Source: Macrostomum hystrix
Taxonomy: Eukaryota; Animalia; Platyhelminthes
Direction: 5' to 3'
DNA: 64,000 bases
NCBI GenBank assembly: GCA_950097015.1
Contig: CATNEN010000040.1
Span: forward strand, 62,001 to 126,000
Part shown: in pieces, positions 11,725-26,309 of the stretch
Layout: each line of letters begins with the position of its first letter
How positions within the stretch are numbered: position 1 is the first letter of the stretch
Position numbers and translations under genes: made by a program
The notes under the pieces: generated by a model
The model's input: only the letters and a program-made list of their open reading frames with translations
Told to the model about the DNA's origin: nothing
The model's database searches: none

Positions 11725-12568
11725 CCCTGTCACTCCCCTGTCTCATCTCTCCCCTGTCTCATCTCTCCCATGCCTCATCTCTCCCCTGTCTCATCTCTCC
11801 CCTGTCTCATCTCTTCCGTGTCCCATCTCTCCCGTGACTCATCCCTATCGTGTCCCATCTCTCCCGTGTCCCATCTCTCCCGTGTCCCATCTCTCCCGTG
11901 TCCCATCTCTCCCGTGTCCCATCTCTCCCGTGTCCCATCTCTCCCGTGTCCCATCTCTCCCGTGTCCCATCTCTCCCGTGTCCCATCTCTCCCGTGTCCC
12001 ATCTCTACCGTGTCCCAACTCTCACGTGTCTCATCTCTCCCGTGTCCCAACTCTCACGTGTCTCATCTCTCCCGTGTCTCATCTCTCCCGTGTCTCATCT
12101 CTCCCGTGTCTCATCTCTCCCGTGTCTCATCTCTCCCGTGTCTCATCTCTCCCGTGTCTCATCTCTCCCGTGTCTCATCTCTCCCGTGTCTCATCTCTCC
12201 CGTGTCTCATCTCTCTTCTGTCTCATCTCTCCCTTGTCCCATCTCTCCCGTGTCTCATCTCTCCCCTGTCTCATCTCTCCCCTGTCTCATCTCTTCCCTG
12301 TCTCATCTCTTCCCTGTCTCATCTCTCCCCTGTCTCATTCTCCCCTGTCTCCTCTCTCCCTGGTCTCATCTCTCCCATGTCTCATCTCTCCCCTGTCTCA
12401 TCTCTCCCCTGTCTCCTCTCTCCCTTGTCTCATCTCTCCCATGTCTCATCTCTCCCCTGTCTCATCGCTCTTCTGTCTCATCTTTCCCATGTCTCATCTC
12501 TCCCCTGTCTCATCTCTCCCATGTCTCATCTGTCCCTGTCTCATCTCTTCTCGTATCTCATCTCTCTG
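11725..12568. repeat. 16-bp minisatellite (TCTCATCTCTCCCGTG)
   Basis: Tandem units; source of artefact ORFs 11770-12729 and similar. Confidence 0.95.
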
Positions 12569-13039
12569 AGGAGAAATTCTCTGCAACCTGTCCCAGATCC
12601 TCAAAAGAGAATAAAAATAATGGGGTAAAAAAGCGAACCCAAATAATAAACGGTTTGAGCAGGGAGCCGGAAGAGCAGAAGAAGCGGCCCGCCCGCCTAA
12701 GTCACGGATCGGCTGCGTGGAAATCGTAAAAAAGCTGAAGCCCTCCCGCGAGACTGGCGCGCCGGTTAATAATTAACACGCCTGAGTGGGCGATGCGGCG
12801 CTGTCCAGGCCAGGCCATCACTGCATGGTGAAATCGGCGGGGGCCTGAGTGATGAGTGAGTCCCCCTGCGCCGGCGGATTACTTTCAACGCGCCGCCTAA
12901 ATTTTATGTTTAGTGAATTTTACGCTCTGTGACGCGGCCGAAATTGCCAATCCGGCTGATTGTTTTATTGCCGGCTTTTTCGTGTCTCGCCGTGTCCGGC
13001 TCTCTTTTTCTAATGAGTGCCTGGCCGCTACGGCCGCCT

Positions 13040-14965
13040 GCTGCCTACCTCCCTCTGCCTCACTCTGCCTACCTCACTGCCTACCTCAGTCTGTCTGCCT
13101 CACTGCCTACCTCAGTCTGTCTGCCACACTCTGCCTACCTCACTGCCTATCTCAGTCTGTCTGCCTCACTCTGCCTACCTCAGTCTGTCTACCTCACTGC
13201 CTACCTCAGCCTGTCTGCCTCACTGCCTTCCTCAGTCTGTCTACCTCACTGCCTACCTAAGTCTGTCTGCCTCACTGCCTACCTCAGTCTGTCTACCTCA
13301 CTGCCTACCTCAGCCTGTCTGCCTCACTGCCTACCTCAGTCTGTCTGCCTCACTGCCTTCCTCAGTCTGTCTACCTCACTGCCTACCTCAGTCTACCTTA
13401 CTGCCTACCTCAGCCTGTCTGCCTCACTGCCTACCTCAGCCTGTCTGCCTCACTGCCTACCTCAGTCTACCTCACTGCCTACCTCAGCCTGTCTGCCTCA
13501 CTGCCTACCTAAGTCTGTCTGCCTCACTGCCTACCTCAGTCTGTCTACCTCACTGCCTACCTCAGCCTGTCTGCCTCACTCTGCCTACCTCACTGCCTAC
13601 CTCACTGCCTACCTCAGCCTGTCTGCCTCACTGCCTACCTCAGTCTGTCTGCCTCACTGCCTACCTCAGTCTGTCTGCCTCACTCTGCCTACCTCACTGC
13701 CTACCTCACTGCCTACCTCAGCCTGTCTGCCTCACTGCCTACCTCAGCCTGTCTGCCTCACTGCCTACCTCAGTCTGTCTGCCTCACTGCCTACCTCAGT
13801 CTGTCTGCCTCACTGCCTACCTCAGTCTGTCTACCTCACTGCCTACTTCAGTCTGTCTGCCTCACTGCCTACCTCAGTCTGTCTACCTCACTGCCTACCT
13901 CAGTCTGTCTGCCTCACTGCCTACCTCAGTCTGTCTACCTCACTGCCTACCTCAGTCTGTCTGCCTCACTGCCTACCTCAGTCTGTCTGCCTCACTGCCT
14001 ACTCGTACCTCAGTCTGTCTGCCTCACTCTGCCTACCTTACTGCCTACCTCAGTCTGTCTGCCTCACTCTGCCTACCTTACTGCCTACCTCAGTCTGTCT
14101 GCCTCACTCTGCCTACCTCAGTCTGTCTGCCTCACTCTGCCTACCTTACTGCCTACCTCAGTCTGTCTGCCTCACTCTGCCTACCTCAGTCTGTCTGCCT
14201 CACTCTGCCTACCTTACTGCCTACCTCAGTCTGTCTGCCTCACTCTGCCTACCTCAGTCTGTCTGCCTCACTCTGCCTACCTCACTGCCTACCTCAGTCT
14301 GTCTGCCTCACTCTGCCTACCTTACTGCCTACCTCAGTCTGTCTGCCTCACTCTGCCTACCTCAGTCTGTCTGCCTCACTCTGCCTACCTTACTGCCTAC
14401 CTCAGTCTGTCTGCCTCACTCTGCCTACCTCAGTCTGTCTGCCTCACTCTGCCTACCTCAGTCTGTCTGCCTCACTCTGCCTACCTTACTGCCTACCTCA
14501 GTCTGTCTGCCTCACTGCCTACCTCACTGCCTACCTCAGTCTGTCTACCTCACTGCCTACCTCAGTCTGTCTGCCTCACTCTGCCTACCTTACTGCCTAA
14601 CTCAGTCTGTCTACCTCACTGCCTACCTCAGTCTGTCTGCCTCACTCTGCCTACCTCACTGCCTACCTCACTGCCTACCTCAGTCTGTCTGCCTCACTCT
14701 GCCTACCTCACTGTCTACCTCACTGCCTACCTCAGCCTGTCTGCCTCACTGTCGGCCTCACTCTGCCTATCTCAATCTGCCTATCTCAATCTACCTATCT
14801 CACTCTGCCTATCTCACTCTGCCTATCTCACTCTGCCTATCTCACTCTGCCTATCTCACTCTGCCTATCTCACTCTGCCTATCTCACTCTGCCTATCTCA
14901 CTCTACCTATCTCACTCTGCCTATCTCACTCTGCCTATCTGAATCTGCCTATCTCACTCTGCCTA
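13040..14965. repeat. CTGCCTACCTCAGTCTGT-type compound minisatellite
   Basis: Pyrimidine-rich 12-26-bp subunits; source of artefact ORFs 12929-14992 and 13017-14600. Confidence 0.95.
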
Positions 14966-15228
14966 CCCCAAAATCGCTGCCTAGTTTTCTGAATCCAAAT
15001 GACAGAAAAGAAGCCTGAAGATGATTGCCCACCAGCTCTAGAGAAATCTAAAATATATCCAATAAAACCTGTAACAGCCGTTGCAGCCCGCAAAGAAATA
15101 TAACCGTATAGACAACACCGAGCTTTAGAGGTCAGGACAGCGCCCGCATAAAAGTGCACGATCGCAGCGTTTCGATGACTTGAAACGGCTTCAATAAACA
15201 GACCGATTTGGGGATAAAAGCCCACCCT

Positions 15229-15259
<31 letters not shown>

Positions 15260-15607
15260 GTCCATGGCGAGATTGTGAACAGGGAGGTGGTTGGGAAAGC
15301 GAAAAACGAAGCCAAAAAGCACACTATTGAACGGCAGATGCCCCGGTGGCAATCAATCAGCTCCGGGTAGATAACAGTGTGTGTGTGTCCCGTCCCATTC
15401 CGTCTGTTTATAGATCCAGATGACTAAAATGCATCCTTATGGACAATATGCACTTACATATCATAAAAATAATGGCTTTTCCCATATCGATAAATCTATC
15501 CGCCCAGTGGCGGTAAACATACTTTTCCCGAAATGGGATCCTTACGCCGAATCAGAGGCTGAGGGTGGGCGTCGCGCTGTGTTGTAACGGGTAGAGGTGC
15601 TCTGAGG

Positions 15608-16724
15608 TCACACACACACACACACTCACACACACACTCACACACACTCACACACACACACTCACACACACACCCTCACACACATACTCACACACACTCA
15701 CACACACTCACACACACTCACACTCACACACACACACACTCACACACACACTCACACACACTCACACACACACACTCACACACACACCCTCACACACATA
15801 CTCACAAACACTCACACACACTCACACACACTCACACTCACACACACTCACACACATACTCACACACACTCAAACTCACACACACTCACACTCACACACA
15901 TACTCACACACACACACACTCACACTCACACACACTCACACTCAAACACATACTCACACACACTCACACACACTCACACACATACTCACACACACTCACA
16001 CTCACACACTCACACACTCACACACTCACACACTCACACTCACACACAATCACACTCATACACTCACACACACACACACTCACACACATACTCACACACA
16101 CACACACTCACACTCACACACACTCACACTCACACACATACTCACACACACACACACTCACACACACTCACACTCACACACACTCACACACATACTCACA
16201 CACACTCACACTCACACACACTCACACTCACACACATACTCACACACACACACACTCACACACACTCACACTCACACACACACCCTCACACACATACTCA
16301 CACACACACACACACTCACACTCACACACACTCACACTCACACACATACTCACACACACTCACACACACACACACTCACACTCACACACACTCACACTCA
16401 CACACACACTCACACACACACACTCACACACTCACACACTCACACACTCACACACACACACTCACACACATACTCACACTCACACACACTCACACTCACA
16501 CACTCACACACACACTCACACTCACACACACTCACACTCACACACTCACACACACACACTCACACACTCACACACATACTCACACACACTCACACTCACA
16601 CACTCACACACACTCACACACATACTCACACACACTCACACACACACACTCACACACACTCACACACATACTCACACACACTCATACACTCACACACACA
16701 CACTCACACACTCACACACACACA
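15608..16724. repeat. Interrupted (CA)n/(CACT) microsatellite, about 1.1 kb
   Basis: Seen directly. Confidence 0.97.
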
Positions 16725-17799
16725 CGGGCCAATGCAGTTTAGCCGATGTTGAAGTGTGCGATTTTGACAGCATAGTAAATTTGTGACGCGTGTGAAAAAT
16801 GTAAGCACTTGCTTATTTGTGAGTCAGAAAAAATCGATGCACTTGAGTGAGTAGCAACACTAACCCTGCAATGCTCACCCGGCTTCTAACTCCGAGATGA
16901 GCACTTGCAGACAGTGATGGGACAAGTAAAGACCTGATTGTGATTCAATTATTACAGGATGCTTGCAAACCCGACAGTTATAGAGAACAAAAACGATCAG
17001 CTACAAAACCTGGGTACGATGTAGCCTGTAGTCGTGTACAATCATCCGATATGTATGGAAAACAACATTTTCAATTGAAAGGCTTAGTAGTTAAGATGAC
17101 ACATTGACATTGTTTGAGCCATTGTTTGAGAACAGCCAAATATAGAAGCTTGTAGAACTTCTGTCTCATTTTTTGTGGTTCCAGCGCAGCCCTGAACACC
17201 TGATCTAATTGGCTGTGTAATAATTTTTCTAATCTAAAACCTTTCAAATCCAATATTTCTTTTATGCATCGAAACGCGGGCAAAGTGCATTAATTTAGGT
17301 ACATCGTGCAAGAATATCCGTGAGTTAGGCACAGTCTTAACTTCAATTTAGATGTTGAAATCAACATGGAGACATTGGAAAGAACTTTGAGAGGCCTAAA
17401 AAAGCATGAGAGAGTGAGCGAAGTAGGACTCTCCACTTTTTTAAGGAGAGAAAAATCATCCATTTAAGAATTGAGTTGGGGAAAAATGCATCCGGCCCCA
17501 GAAATGTGGCCACGAGATCCAGAAATCCAGTCCCTGACTGATCCAACTTCCAAACTGGAAAAATCTGCGCTCAGAGCAGCCCGCCAGCAATTCCCAAGCG
17601 AGTGGAAGCAGATATTTTTTTCCTTAAACTCCTCCGCCAGAGAGCCAGTTCGATTTCTCCAGTTGAGTGGAGAACTTAGCTTTCTCTTAAGCCAGAAATA
17701 ATGTTTCTAAACTGCACAAACTGCATGGATCTTGTGACCCAAGGGCAATTTAGAGAAAATTAACTAGCCCATTTTCCTTATTTAAAACATTTGTGTAGC

Positions 17800-19190
17800 A
17801 AAGTCACCCTACTGTCACTTCAGTCACCCTACTGTCACTTCAGTCACTCCACTGTCACTTCAGTCACTCCACTGTCACTTCAGTCACCCTACTGTCACTT
17901 CAGTCACTCCACTGTCACTTCAGTCACCCTACTGTCACTTCAGTCACCCCACTGTCACTTCAGTCACCCCACTGTCACTTCAGTCACCCCACTGTCACTT
18001 CAGTCACCCTACTGCCACTTCAGTCACTCCACAGCCACTTCAGTCACCCTACTGTCACTTCAGTCACTCCACTGTCACTTCAGTCACTCCACTGTCACTT
18101 CAGTCACCCTACTGTCACTTCAGTCACCCTACTGTCACTTCAGTCACTCCACTGTCACTTCAGTCACCCCACTGTCACTTCAGTCACCCCACTGTCACTT
18201 CAGTCACCCCACTGTCACTTCAGTCACCCTACTGTCACTTCAGTCACTCCACAGCCACTTCAGTCACCCTACTGTCACTTCAGTCACTCCACTGTCACTT
18301 CAGTCACTCCACTGTCACTTCAGTCACCCTACTGTCACTTCAGTCACCCCACTGTCACTTCAGTCACTCCACTGTCACTTCAGTCACCCTACTGTCACTT
18401 CAGTCACTCCACTGTCACTTCAGTCACCCCACTGTCACTTCAGTCACCCTACTGTCACTTCAGTCACTCCACTGTCACTTCAGTCAGCCCACTGTCACTT
18501 CAGTCACCCTACTGCCACTTCAGTCACTCCACAGCCACTTCAGTCACCCTACTGTCACTTCAGTCACTCCACTGTCACTTCAGTCACTCCACTGTCACTT
18601 CAGTCACCCTACTGTCACTTCAGTCACTCCACTGTCACTTCAGTCACCCCACTGTCACTTCAGTCACCCTACTGTCACTTCAGTCACTCCACAGCCACTT
18701 CAGTCACCCCACTGTCACTTCAGTCACCCTACTGTCACTTCAGTCACTCCACAGCCACTTCAGTCACCCCACTGTCACTTCAGTCACTCCACTGTCACTT
18801 CAGTCACTCCACAGCCACTTCAGTCACCCCACTGTCACTTCAGTCACCCTACTGTCACTTCAGTCACTCCACTGTCACTTCAGTCACCCTACTGTCACTT
18901 CAGTCACCCCACTGTCACTTCAGTCACCCCACTGTCACTTCAGTCACCCCACTGTCACTTCAGTCACCCTACTGCCACTTCAGTCACTCCACAGCCACTT
19001 CAGTCACCCTACTGTCACTTCAGTCACTCCACTGTCACTTCAGTCACTCCACTGTCACTTCAGTCACCCTACTGTCACTTCAGTCACCCCACTGTCACTT
19101 CAGTCACTCCACAGTCACTTCAGTCACCCTACTGTCACTTCAGTCACCCTACTGTCACTTCAGTCACTCCATTGTCACTCCACTGTCACT
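17800..19190. repeat. 20-bp minisatellite (ACTGTCACTTCAGTCACYCY)
   Basis: About 70 units; source of artefact ORF 17791-19206. Confidence 0.97.
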
Positions 19191-20231
19191 GTTACTTAAA
19201 AACTGACAAAGCATAACGACTATAGAGCTATGAGGATAAGGAAATTCCACGCTATACCATTTCCTGTTCATTTGCCATGCATTGTATTGCTAGGATCATT
19301 TATGCTAGGATATTTCATGTTAATCATGGCATATCACTACTGAGTGCACACATATTGACTGCATTCAGATTTTACTATTCAAATAATGGCTGTCAGGTAA
19401 TACCCCGCCATTGTGTAAGAACTGATTATGCAGCTGAACTTCATTGATTGTGATCAATCGACCCCGGCCGGGAGGACATTGCCGGAACTGCTGTCCAGAC
19501 CTCCCCATCATCAGCTCCAGGTAGTGGACTAGAAATGCGGCTTTGAAAATAGGACCTAATGTATTATGAAGGTTGGCAAGGAATCAGAGGCATAGACATT
19601 GTGGAGATAGGTTGGGTGCTTGGGTACAGGCATCGAGCTTGGAATCTAGAGTCTGGTTAGTCGACTCCCCTTTTTGAAGACAGCCTCAATTTTCCTGTCA
19701 GTGATGGCTGCCTGCTTCCAGATTGCACATTCGGAGCTATTTTTCTGGGAGGCGAGTTTGTTGCTAAAGAGTTATTAAACTAAGCTTTATACTCCTTAGT
19801 TGACCTAATGGCTGAGGAAGAGGGACGGGCGGTCCCGGCTTATCAGTATAATGAGTTAGGGGATGATCCTGGGATCATTTCATCACTGAGAAGGCTGGGG
19901 GGCTTTCGGATTTGCCCCCAGGAGGAGGAGAAGGCGTCGAGTCACTAATCAGGTGACTAGCCTTGGGGAACGGAGGGTAAGCCGCGAATCTATGCTAAGA
20001 GAGATTAAGGACTATGGATTGGGGATTAGCGATTAGAAGGGGAGCTTTTCTCGGCTTCGCTTTGAACTAGAAATTGCGCCTTACGAACTTTTTATGAAAG
20101 TTTTTCTGCCGTACCTCTGACCTGAAAATGGTTAGCTATGAGTTAGCTGCAAAAATCTCAAGCGAGCCCTGTTTGAAAAGGACAAATGTAGCCATAGAAT
20201 GTGAGGGTGTCTTTGCCTATTTGTCTGTAGC

Positions 20232-20875
20232 TAAAGGGTGTCTCAGAGTGGGTTTTGAAGGGTGTCTCAGAGTGGGTATTGAAGGGTGTCTCAGAGTAGG
20301 TCTTGAAGGGTGTCTCAAAATGGGTCTTGAAGGGAGTCTCAGAGTGGGTCTTGAAGGGTGTCTCAGAGTGGGTCTTGAAGGGTGTCTCAGAGTGGGTCTT
20401 GAAGGGTGTCTCAGAGTGGGTATTGAAGGGTGTCTCAAAATGGGTCTTAAAGGGTGTCTCAGTGTGATTCTTGAAGGGTGTCTCAGAGTGGGTCTTGAAG
20501 GGTGTCTCAGAGTGGGTCTTGAAGGGTGTCTCAGAGTGGGTCTTGAAGGGTGTCTCAGAGTGGGTCTTGAAGGGTGTCTCAAAATGGGTCTTAAAGGGTG
20601 TCTCAGTGTGATTCTTGAAGGGTGTCTCAGAGTGGGTCTTGAAGGTTGTCTCAGAGTGGGTCTTGAAGGGTGTCTCAGTGTGATTCTTGAAGGGAGTCTC
20701 AGAGTGGGTCTTGAAGGGAGTCTCAGAGTGGGTCTTAAAGGGTGTCTCAGTGTGATTCTTGAAGGGTGTCTCAGAGTGGGTCTTGAAGGTTGTCTCAGAG
20801 TGGGTCTTGAAGGGTGTCTCAGTGTGATTCTTGAAGGGTGTCTCAGAGTGGGTCTTGAAGGGTGTCTCAGAGTGA
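20232..20875. repeat. 24-bp minisatellite (GAAGGGTGTCTCAGAGTGGGTCTT)
   Basis: About 27 units. Confidence 0.95.
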
Positions 20876-21420
20876 TGAGGCTATTAAAGCTGTGTCGGGG
20901 TGTCTGAACAGCCTTAGCGGCTAATTTCAAGGGAAGCTTTGACCTGATCTACGAGTAAAAGAAGCATCAAATACAGGTATTTAATGAACCTGTTGAGCAG
21001 ATGGCTTGAGATAAGATTTCGTTGACCAAGAACGTGCCGAAAGCCATTTTACCTACCCAAGTGAATTTCACTAATTAGCATCAGTGTATGTAGGCTAGTG
21101 AATGAGTAGCTGTTTCTACAAAAAGGAAGCATGAGCAGCCCGAGTGAGGCATTGTGCTGGGAAAGCTGTGCTATGTAGCTCAATAGACGAAAATCCGAGG
21201 TCCAACCCCTTTTCGCAGCACCTCAATAGCCTTGCAAAACCTGCCAAAAGGATAATCAAGTTTATATGAATTAGGATAAAGTAGGGTTGTGGTTGAAGAA
21301 TATGAAGAAAGTGTTCGGAGATGACGGTGAGATGGCAAATGATAATACGAGTACAAAGTTCACACTAGCCTGGGTTTAGTCCTTCTCTGCTTCCGCAAAG
21401 ACCCCAAACAGACAAAGCAA

Positions 21421-21607
21421 GATGAGAAGGAGAAGGAGGAGAAGGAGGAGGAGAAGGAGGAGGAGAAGGAGGAGGAGAAAGAAGAGGAGGAGGAGGAGGA
21501 GAAAGAAGAGGAGGAGGAGGAGGAGGAGAAAGAAGAGGAGGAGGTGGAGAATGAAGAGGAGGAGAAATAAGAGGAGGAGGAGAAAGAAGAGAAGGAGGAG
21601 GAGGAGA
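21421..21607. repeat. (GAG/AAG)n purine microsatellite
   Basis: Seen directly. Confidence 0.95.
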
Positions 21608-22119
21608 AATGTTTCTAAACTATAAACTTTAGCTCTAAACTCTAGCAGTTTATGCACTCGTAGAAGCAAAAAGTTCGTCATTTTTGGTAGCGACGATGGC
21701 GAGTAAGCTTGGAGGCTTAGGCTTGAGTTCACAAAGTGCAGAGCAGCCTTTTAGGCATCCTGCCCCACCATTCGCCCCATACAGCCCCTCTAATCAGAGT
21801 CGGTCCTATCTAATCAGTTGATAATCTGCCAGCCTACGCAGCATGATCAACGATGAGTAAAATAAAAAAAGAGAAAAATTTCATACGGGAGACTAATTAT
21901 ATCAGACATATTTGATGCAGCCACAGCATAATGTCCATCTCCGATACCCACCACAGGGTACTTAAATAAACCTGAATAAACACTCCACATAGGTTGGGGT
22001 GAGAACGAAGGAAATTACCTCTTGCTTCACTGCTCACACTCATGTCTGCGTAGGACAGAATCGGGGCCATACTCAACACTCTGCGTCAACGCCATGGCCC
22101 CGACATAGGCGGAGCTGGA

Positions 22120-23525
22120 GAGGGAAGAGGAGGACGAAGAGGCGATAAGAGAAGGAGGAGTCAAAGGAGGAGGAAGAGGAGGCAGAAGAAAGATAACAAG
22201 GAGAAACGGAAAAGCTGGAGAAGAAAAAGGAGGAGACGGAGGAGGAGGAGGAGAGGAAGATAAGGAGGAGGGGGGAAGAAGTACTAGAAGGAGGAGAGGG
22301 AGGTGTAGAAAGAGGAGAGGAGGAGTAGGAAGAGGAGGGCGAGGAGTAGGAAGAGGAGTAGGAAGAGGAGGGCGAGGAGTAGGAAGAGGAGGGCGAGGAG
22401 TAGGAAGAGGAGGGCGAGGAGTAGGAAGAGGAGGGCGAGGAGTAAGAAGAGGAGGGCGAGGAGTAGGAAGAGGAGAAGAGGAGTAGGAAGAGGAGTAGGA
22501 AGAGGAGTAGGAAGAGGAGAGTAGGAAGAGGAGGAGTAGGAAGAGGAGGGCGAGGAGTAGGAAGAGGAGTAGGAAGAGGAGGGCGAGGAGTAGAAAGAGG
22601 AGGGCGAGGAGTAGGAAGAGGAGGGCGAGGAGTAGGAAGAGGAGGGCGAGGAGTAGGAAGAGGAGAAGAGGAGTAGGAAGAGTAGAAGAGGAGTAGGAAG
22701 AGGAGTAGGAAGAGGAGGGCGAGGAGTAGAAAGAGGAGGGCGAGGAGTAAGAAGAGGAGGGCGAGGAGTAGGAAGAGGAGGGCGAGGAGTAGGAAGAGGA
22801 GGGCGAGGAGTAGAAAGAGGAGGGCGAGGAGTAGGAAGAGGAGGGCGAGGAGTAGGAAGAGGAGGGCGAGGAGTAGGAAGAGGAGAAGAGGAGTAGGAAG
22901 AGGAGAAGAGGAGTAGGAAGAGGAGTAGGAAGAGGAGGGCGAGGAGTAGAAAGAGGAGGGCGAGGAGTAGGAAGAGGAGGGCGAGGAGTAGGAAGAGGAG
23001 AAGAGGAGTAGAAAGAGGAGGGCGAGGAGTAGGAAGAGGAGGGCGAGGAGTAGGAAGAGGAAGGCGAGGAGTAGGAAGAGGAGAAGAGGAGTAGGAAGAG
23101 GAGAAGAGGAGTAGGAAGAGGAGAAGAGGAGTAGGAAGAGGAGAAGAGGAGTAGGAAGAGGAGAAGAGGAGTAGGAAGAGGAGGGCGAGGAGTAGGAAGA
23201 GGAGAAGAGGAGTAGGAAGAGGAGAAGAGGAGTAGGAAGAGGAGTAGGAAGAGGAGAGTAGGAAGGGGAGAGTAGGAAGAGGAGAGTAGGAAGAGGAGAG
23301 TAGGAAGAGGAGAGTAGGAAGAGGAGTAGAAAGAGGAGAGTAGGAAGAGGAGAGTAGGAAGAGGAGAGGAGGAAGAGGAGAGGAGGAGTAGGAAGAGGAG
23401 AGGAGGAGTAGGAAGAGGAGTAGGAAGAGGAGTAGGAAGAGGAGAGTGGGAAGAGGAGAGGAGGAAGAGGAGAGGAGGAGTAGGAAGAGGAGAGCGAGGA
23501 GTAGGAAGAGGAGAAGAGGGAGAGG
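22120..23525. repeat. Purine-rich GGAGTAGGAAGA(GGAGGGCGA) array
   Basis: About 1.4 kb, almost entirely A/G on the plus strand. Confidence 0.95.
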
Positions 23526-24189
23526 AGAATAATAAAGCGGTAAATAAACAAAGAATTGGAGTTTTGACTGACGATCATCATGAAAATGAAGAAAGTGTTG
23601 ATCCTCGTAATCCTTTTGAAGTGCTGGAAACTACAAAATTCGTTCTCAGTCCCGTTTGGAAGAAAAATAATAGAGAATGGGAATGAAGGATGATCTATGT
23701 GGTGATACCCCGGAGCTCAAGATATATTGTCCAGGCGGCGAGTTGAATCCCGAATCCCACACTCGAGCCAGTCCTTCTCTATCTCCCTGTATCTGCGTGT
23801 TCACTGCTAATAACCCCCTAATCCGTCTCATGCCCGCTTCTAAATCCGTCTCTCACCTCTCATCCGCCTGCAGCTATTTTGCCGGGGATTATTTTTCAGT
23901 TCCTCGGCCGCTTAATCCCCCCCAATTCATTCCTCCCCAAGCCAAGCCAACCAACGGCAGCTAATGCTTCTAATAGACGAACTGATATAAATTACTCAAA
24001 AGTGCACATCGACTCGCACGAAATGGAATCAGAAAGTCTCATTATCGAGCTGCGATTTAGTCTGCTTGCAGAATTTTTTTCAACTGGTTGTTTGCTTGCA
24101 GAAGATTGGCCTAGCTTATTTTGCTAACGGGATATAATTTTACAAAATAATTGTTTAGAGGACATTTCTTTACAGTACAGGATGTACTG

Positions 24190-25290
24190 TTTACAGGACT
24201 GTTTATTTACAGGATGTTTATTTACAGGATGTTTATTTACAGGATGTTTATTTACAGGATGTTTATTTACAGGATGTTTATTTACAGGATGTTTATTTAC
24301 AGGGTGTTTATTTACAGGATGTTTATTTACAGGGTGTTTATTTACAGGATTTTTATTTACAGGATGTTTATTTACAGGATTTTTATTTACAGGGTGTTTA
24401 TTTACAGGGTGTTTATTTACAGGATTTTTATTTACAGGATGTTTATTTACAGGATTTTTATTTACAGGGTGTTTATTTACAGGCTATTTATTTACAGGAT
24501 GTTTATTTACAGGATGTTTATTTACACGATGTTTATTTGCACGATGTTTATTTACGGGATGCTTATTTACAGGATGTTTACTAACAGGATGTTTATGTAC
24601 AGGATGTTTATTTACAGGATGTTTATTTACAGGGTGTTTATTTACAGGATGTTTATTTACAGGATGTTTATTTACAGGATGTTTATTTACAGGGTGTTTA
24701 TTTACAGGATGTTTATTTACAGGGTGTTTATTTACAGGATTTTTATTTACAGGATGTTTATTTACAGGATTTTTATTTACAGGGTGTTTATTTACAGGCT
24801 ATTTATTTACAGGATGTTTATTTACAGGATGTTTATTTACACGATGTTTATTTGCACGATGTTTATTTACGGGATGTTTATTTACAGGATGTTTACTAAC
24901 AGGATGTTTATGTACAGGATGTTTATTTACAGGATGTTTATTTACAGGGTGTTTATTTACAGGATGTTTATTTACAGGATGTTTATTTACAGGATGTTTA
25001 TTTACAGGATGTTTATTTACAGGATGTTTATTTACAGGATGTTTATTTACAGGATGTTTATTTACAGGATGTTTACTAACAGGATGTTTATTTGCAGGAT
25101 GTTTACTTACAGGATGCTTATTTACAGGATGTTTATTTACAGGATGTTTATTTACAGGATGTTTATTTACATGATGTTTATTTACAGGATGTTTATTTAC
25201 AGGATGTTTACTTACAGGATGCTTATTTACAGGATGTTTACTTACAGGATGTTTATTTACAGGATGTTTATTTACAGGATGTTTATTAAC
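24190..25290. repeat. 15-bp minisatellite (AGGATGTTTATTTAC)
   Basis: About 73 units with a 315-bp higher-order duplication. Confidence 0.97.
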
Positions 25291-26309
25291 AGGGTTTTTT
25301 GTATTAAGTATATTAGGTTTTTTTAATTAAATATTTTGCGGTTTATTGTTTCATCATATTTTATTTTTACTAGAAATAGAAAGATGATTACTTAGTTATA
25401 TATGTAAGAATTTCAATTTATTTTATTTGACCAGGATTTGTGTTTGTTTGTTTGCGTTGTCGTTGTTTTGGGAATTGTAAAGTGGGTGCCTATTTACTTA
25501 TGAGATGTTTGATAAGAAAAACTTGGTTTGTCAACGCTTCTATGATTATTGGCATGCAAAATGAGAGTTTATTGCACGCTTATCGACAGCATGTTTTTCA
25601 CCAGGAACCTATTCTCGTGTCCATAAAATCTAGCTTCCTGAGCGCGGCCTGTTGCCGAAGCCCCTAAAAAATCGCTGCACCCGCCGCCTAGTCGCAATGT
25701 CCCTGTGGGAAATCAGTCGCTGCCTTCCGCTTGTCTCTGCCCATCCCACGCGCAAGCAAATGATTGCTACACTCTCTCCTTCTTGGCTTCTCGAGGGACA
25801 TCAAGGCAAGGCTGGAGAAAAGCAAGACAAATACGGGCCGGGCCACGGGATATTTTCGTGACTAATTCCCCTTTCCCCGTCTGCGCATCCCAGTTCCGAA
25901 CCGACTGGGATCCTGGGGGATGCTCAAATCCCACCACGCGAGCACGGCGACTTGCTAATGGAAAATTCCAATTAACGGGGAAATGGCATCAACCGTGTCT
26001 GCGGGATGATGGCAGTCACTATCAGCTGAGCCTATTACTGTTGCGCTTTAGTTAACTGACAACCAGCAATAGTCAGGGAGAGTGTAGCCAACAGGGGTGA
26101 GGTGGAAGCTGCAGTCTTGGGACCAGTACGCACATCTGGTTTCCATTTGCTTGCCAGATTTTGGGAAAAGCATTCCTCGTATAGTTTCACTTCTTCGACC
26201 GAATTTATCGATGAGTGTTGTGCGTGTTCGAGCATTTTAGTTGAATTTAATGCACTCTGTTTTATATTCTTGGCTGGAAGCTGAGGGCCAGAAAACGATG
26301 GCCGCAAGG

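Noticed and set aside
12929-14992. 687-aa and 527-aa ORFs, and similar ORFs at 385-1186, 11770-12729, 17791-19206, 20128-20930, 22073-23581, 24151-25326 and 26237-27263
   Set aside because: All are translations of tandem repeats, open in multiple frames.
17361-17701. Possible MULE transposase fragment (LEKSALRAARQQFP)
   Set aside because: Resemblance is limited to a few residues, with no TIRs or catalytic motifs.
19400-20000. Possible decayed non-LTR retrotransposon (minus-strand VFKKG); also 2455-2709 and 61440-62800
   Set aside because: No RT or endonuclease motif series could be reconstructed by eye; a translated Dfam/Repbase search is needed.
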